Source: Paraspadella gotoi (Eukaryota; Animalia; Chaetognatha). Taken from it: 64,000 nt of DNA. The position numbers and the translations under genes are program-made. The stretch is from contig CM119267.1 of the NCBI GenBank assembly GCA_051294375.1, positions 13,966,710 through 14,030,709 of the forward strand. Reading direction: 5' to 3'. Positions 61,698-64,000 of the stretch are shown one piece after another (the stretch's first letter is position 1; every line of letters starts with the position of its first letter). The notes below the pieces were generated by a model, which saw only the letters and a program-made list of their open reading frames with translations, was not told the DNA's origin and ran no database searches.

Positions 61698-63003
61698 TAA
61701 AATTTAAATTAACGTTATTAAAGAAGTGTCTGATACTAATTACTATATTGCAGATGCCACTTTTGCGGACTGTCTTCGACTTACATCCACCGACAGGAGA
61801 AATGGCAATCTTCATAATTTTACGACTTCGTCTCATCTCTATGCAAAGAGTCGAGAATGAGCGGAGAGTTCAAAGAACTTCAGCCTCATTCAGCCAATAT
61901 TTTTTTTCTTTTTTTTTTTTTTTGCGTTCGCGAAAAACAAATTTGGCATCGATACGGATTTCGTAATCCGGATATGTTAATGAGGTCGACTTGTTATTTC
62001 TGCGCAAAAAAAAAACTTTTGGTGAATCGCGTCATTCCTTTGGATCACGACATCCGGACGCATCGATTTTCGAGCATCGGAATTCGGCCGTGAACAATGT
62101 TTATTTTTGGTTTACATTAACTAGAAAAAAAAATACATTTNNNNNNNNNNNNNNNNNNNNNNNNNNNNNNNNNNNNNNNNNNNNNNNNNNNNNNNNNNNN
62201 NNNNNNNNNNNNNNNNNNNNNNNNNNNNNNNNNNNNNNNNNNNNNNNNNNNNNNNNNNNNNNNNNNNNNNNNNNNNNNNNNNNNNNNNNNNNNNNNNNNN
62301 NNNNNNNNNNNNNNNNNNNNNNNNNNNNNNNNNNNNNNNNNNNNNNNNNNNNNNNNNNNNNNNNNNNNNNNNNNNNNNNNNNNNNNNNNNNNNNNNNNNN
62401 NNNNNNNNNNNNNNNNNNNNNNNNNNNNNNNNNNNNNNNNNNNNNNNNNNNNNNNNNNNNNNNNNNNNNNNNNNNNNNNNNNNNNNNNNNNNNNNNNNNN
62501 NNNNNNNNNNNNNNNNNNNNNNNNNNNNNNNNNNNNNNNNNNNNNNNNNNNNNNNNNNNNNNNNNNNNNNNNNNNNNNNNNNNNNNNNNNNNNNNNNNNN
62601 NNNNNNNNNNNNNNNNNNNNNNNNNNNNNNNNNNNNNNNNNNNNAGAGAGAGAGAGAGAGAGAGCGCCCCGAATTAAAGAAATATTGAAAACTTATAACT
62701 AGTGAAAATAAAAAAAAAACTTTGTCCCCTCGTTCTATGCCTCGATACTCGATAGAGACTGGGTCTGTCTCGCCTCTTCGTTGCCAGGGCAGTCACGTCT
62801 CTGTTTGTGCTTATTATGATTTTGAATCTTTGATGCAATCTCTTTGGCCACGAGGACGACGAGTATTTCCGATCAGCGACGCGTCATCCTCTTTTCGATT
62901 ATCACCGACTGATGTCGTTGTCCGCCAAATGGGATGGACGCCGCTCATCCTCTTTGTTGTTGTGGTTTATGATTGTTGTTGTTGTTGTCGGGAAATAGGT
63001 CGA

Positions 63004-63374
63004 TTTTTAGTTGCGCCGCGAGTACTCGCGTCTTAACTCTATAAGTCGGCGGACGGTCAGTCGGTATGTCTGTCCATCGGTCTGTCCAACTTTCGTTAAA
63101 AATGCTAATAACTTGCATATTGTTGGTTATTCATTTGTTAAGACAGGAAAAACCTAAAATCTAAGGGACTACTAGCGCCGCCTTCAGGAAATCCTAAAAC
63201 TATAAAGAATAAATGAGGAATTCCGATGCAGTGTGTGTCATAAATACACGGGAAAAGAAAGTTATTGTCGTCATGTTGTCTTGTCTCGTCACACCATGTC
63301 ATGTTACGAGAAATATATGTGATATATACGCCTAGTCACTGCGGCGCAACACATTTGAATTACCGTTCTTGTTT
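63004..63374 (+). mobile_element. HINE/DINE-1-like element, family A, copy 3 (same locus as copy 2 in the duplicated segment)
   Basis: 5' TTTTTAGTTGCGCCGCGAGTACTCGCG (subTIR plus palindrome), 3' GCGGCGCAAC..CTTGTTT. Confidence 0.68.
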
Positions 63375-64000
63375 CCTAACATCTTTCCGAATTTTACAAC
63401 GACGACATATATATATTCCGTCGTAATGTGACTCTATCACCGTCTTCATCTGACCTTGTACCCGTAATCTCTTTTCTTTTGTGAGTGGCTAACTATTAAG
63501 TTAACAGACTCTTTTTTTTTTTCACGAGTTTGAGATTCTCTTTGATTTTGGTTTTGAGCTTTGGGTTATGATTACTTTTGTTACTAATGAGGTGTAATAA
63601 TTACAAACAATGAACCTCAAAGCAATCAATTGTAATACTAGCGCGTAGCACGTACAAGTAGAAGTAGTAGTATTAGTCGTAACTAGTTAAAAGTTATTAA
63701 CTAGTTATTAGTTAAAAATGTACATCCTGGATTTTTTTGTTGATTTCCCGGATTCCATATCTCACAACCGCCATCGATCGTCGTCGACGTCGTCGTCGTT
63801 TTCATCGCGACCGTCGCTTTTGTCGTCGTCATCCTCGTCCGGCGGCGTTCCGTCTTTGAGTTTTGTAAGCATTCGACTTTGAAGCATCTGGAAAGCGTTT
63901 AACCCTTGGGCCCTGGCGACGACGACGACGACGCTGAATGCGACGATGAGAGACGCCCATGACGACGACGATATCGAAGACGGCGACGACGGCGACGACG

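Larger units (their letters stand above)
57591..64000 (+). repeat. Copy 2 of the duplication, starting directly after a 25-N gap; probably a redundant haplotype or read
   Basis: Collinear with about 51115-57210 and runs off the window end. Confidence 0.9.

Overview
Eukaryotic, most likely animal, genomic DNA from an error-rich, gap-filled long-read assembly. It has many N gaps, four of exactly 25 N, and dense (GA)n/(TC)n and (GAC)n microsatellites. Almost all ORFs in the supplied track are microsatellite or gap artefacts. One protein-coding gene can be supported: a roughly 11-exon + strand gene (about 31571-36857) with PDZ, putative harmonin-N-like, FH1 (18 Pro) and divergent FH2 regions. This is a Delphilin/GRID2IP-type formin architecture, but it reads only with several single-base frameshift corrections and seems to lack the lasso and post (GNYxN) dimerisation motifs. 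The most striking non-coding object is a 748-bp miniature LTR element (TRIM-like, 57795-58542, minus strand). It has TG..CA LTRs, an ACGC target duplication and a tRNA-Trp primer-binding site with two extra blocks of tRNA-Trp complementarity. It is present in one copy of a duplicated segment and absent from the other. Also present are two HINE/DINE-1-like element families, four TCACGTGA boxes at exact 22-bp spacing, a candidate structured RNA (about 18085-18310), a triplicated bulged hairpin, a direct-repeat-flanked palindrome, and several duplications or fold-backs that are probably assembly artefacts. All homology calls are by eye against family sequences recalled from memory; no search was run.
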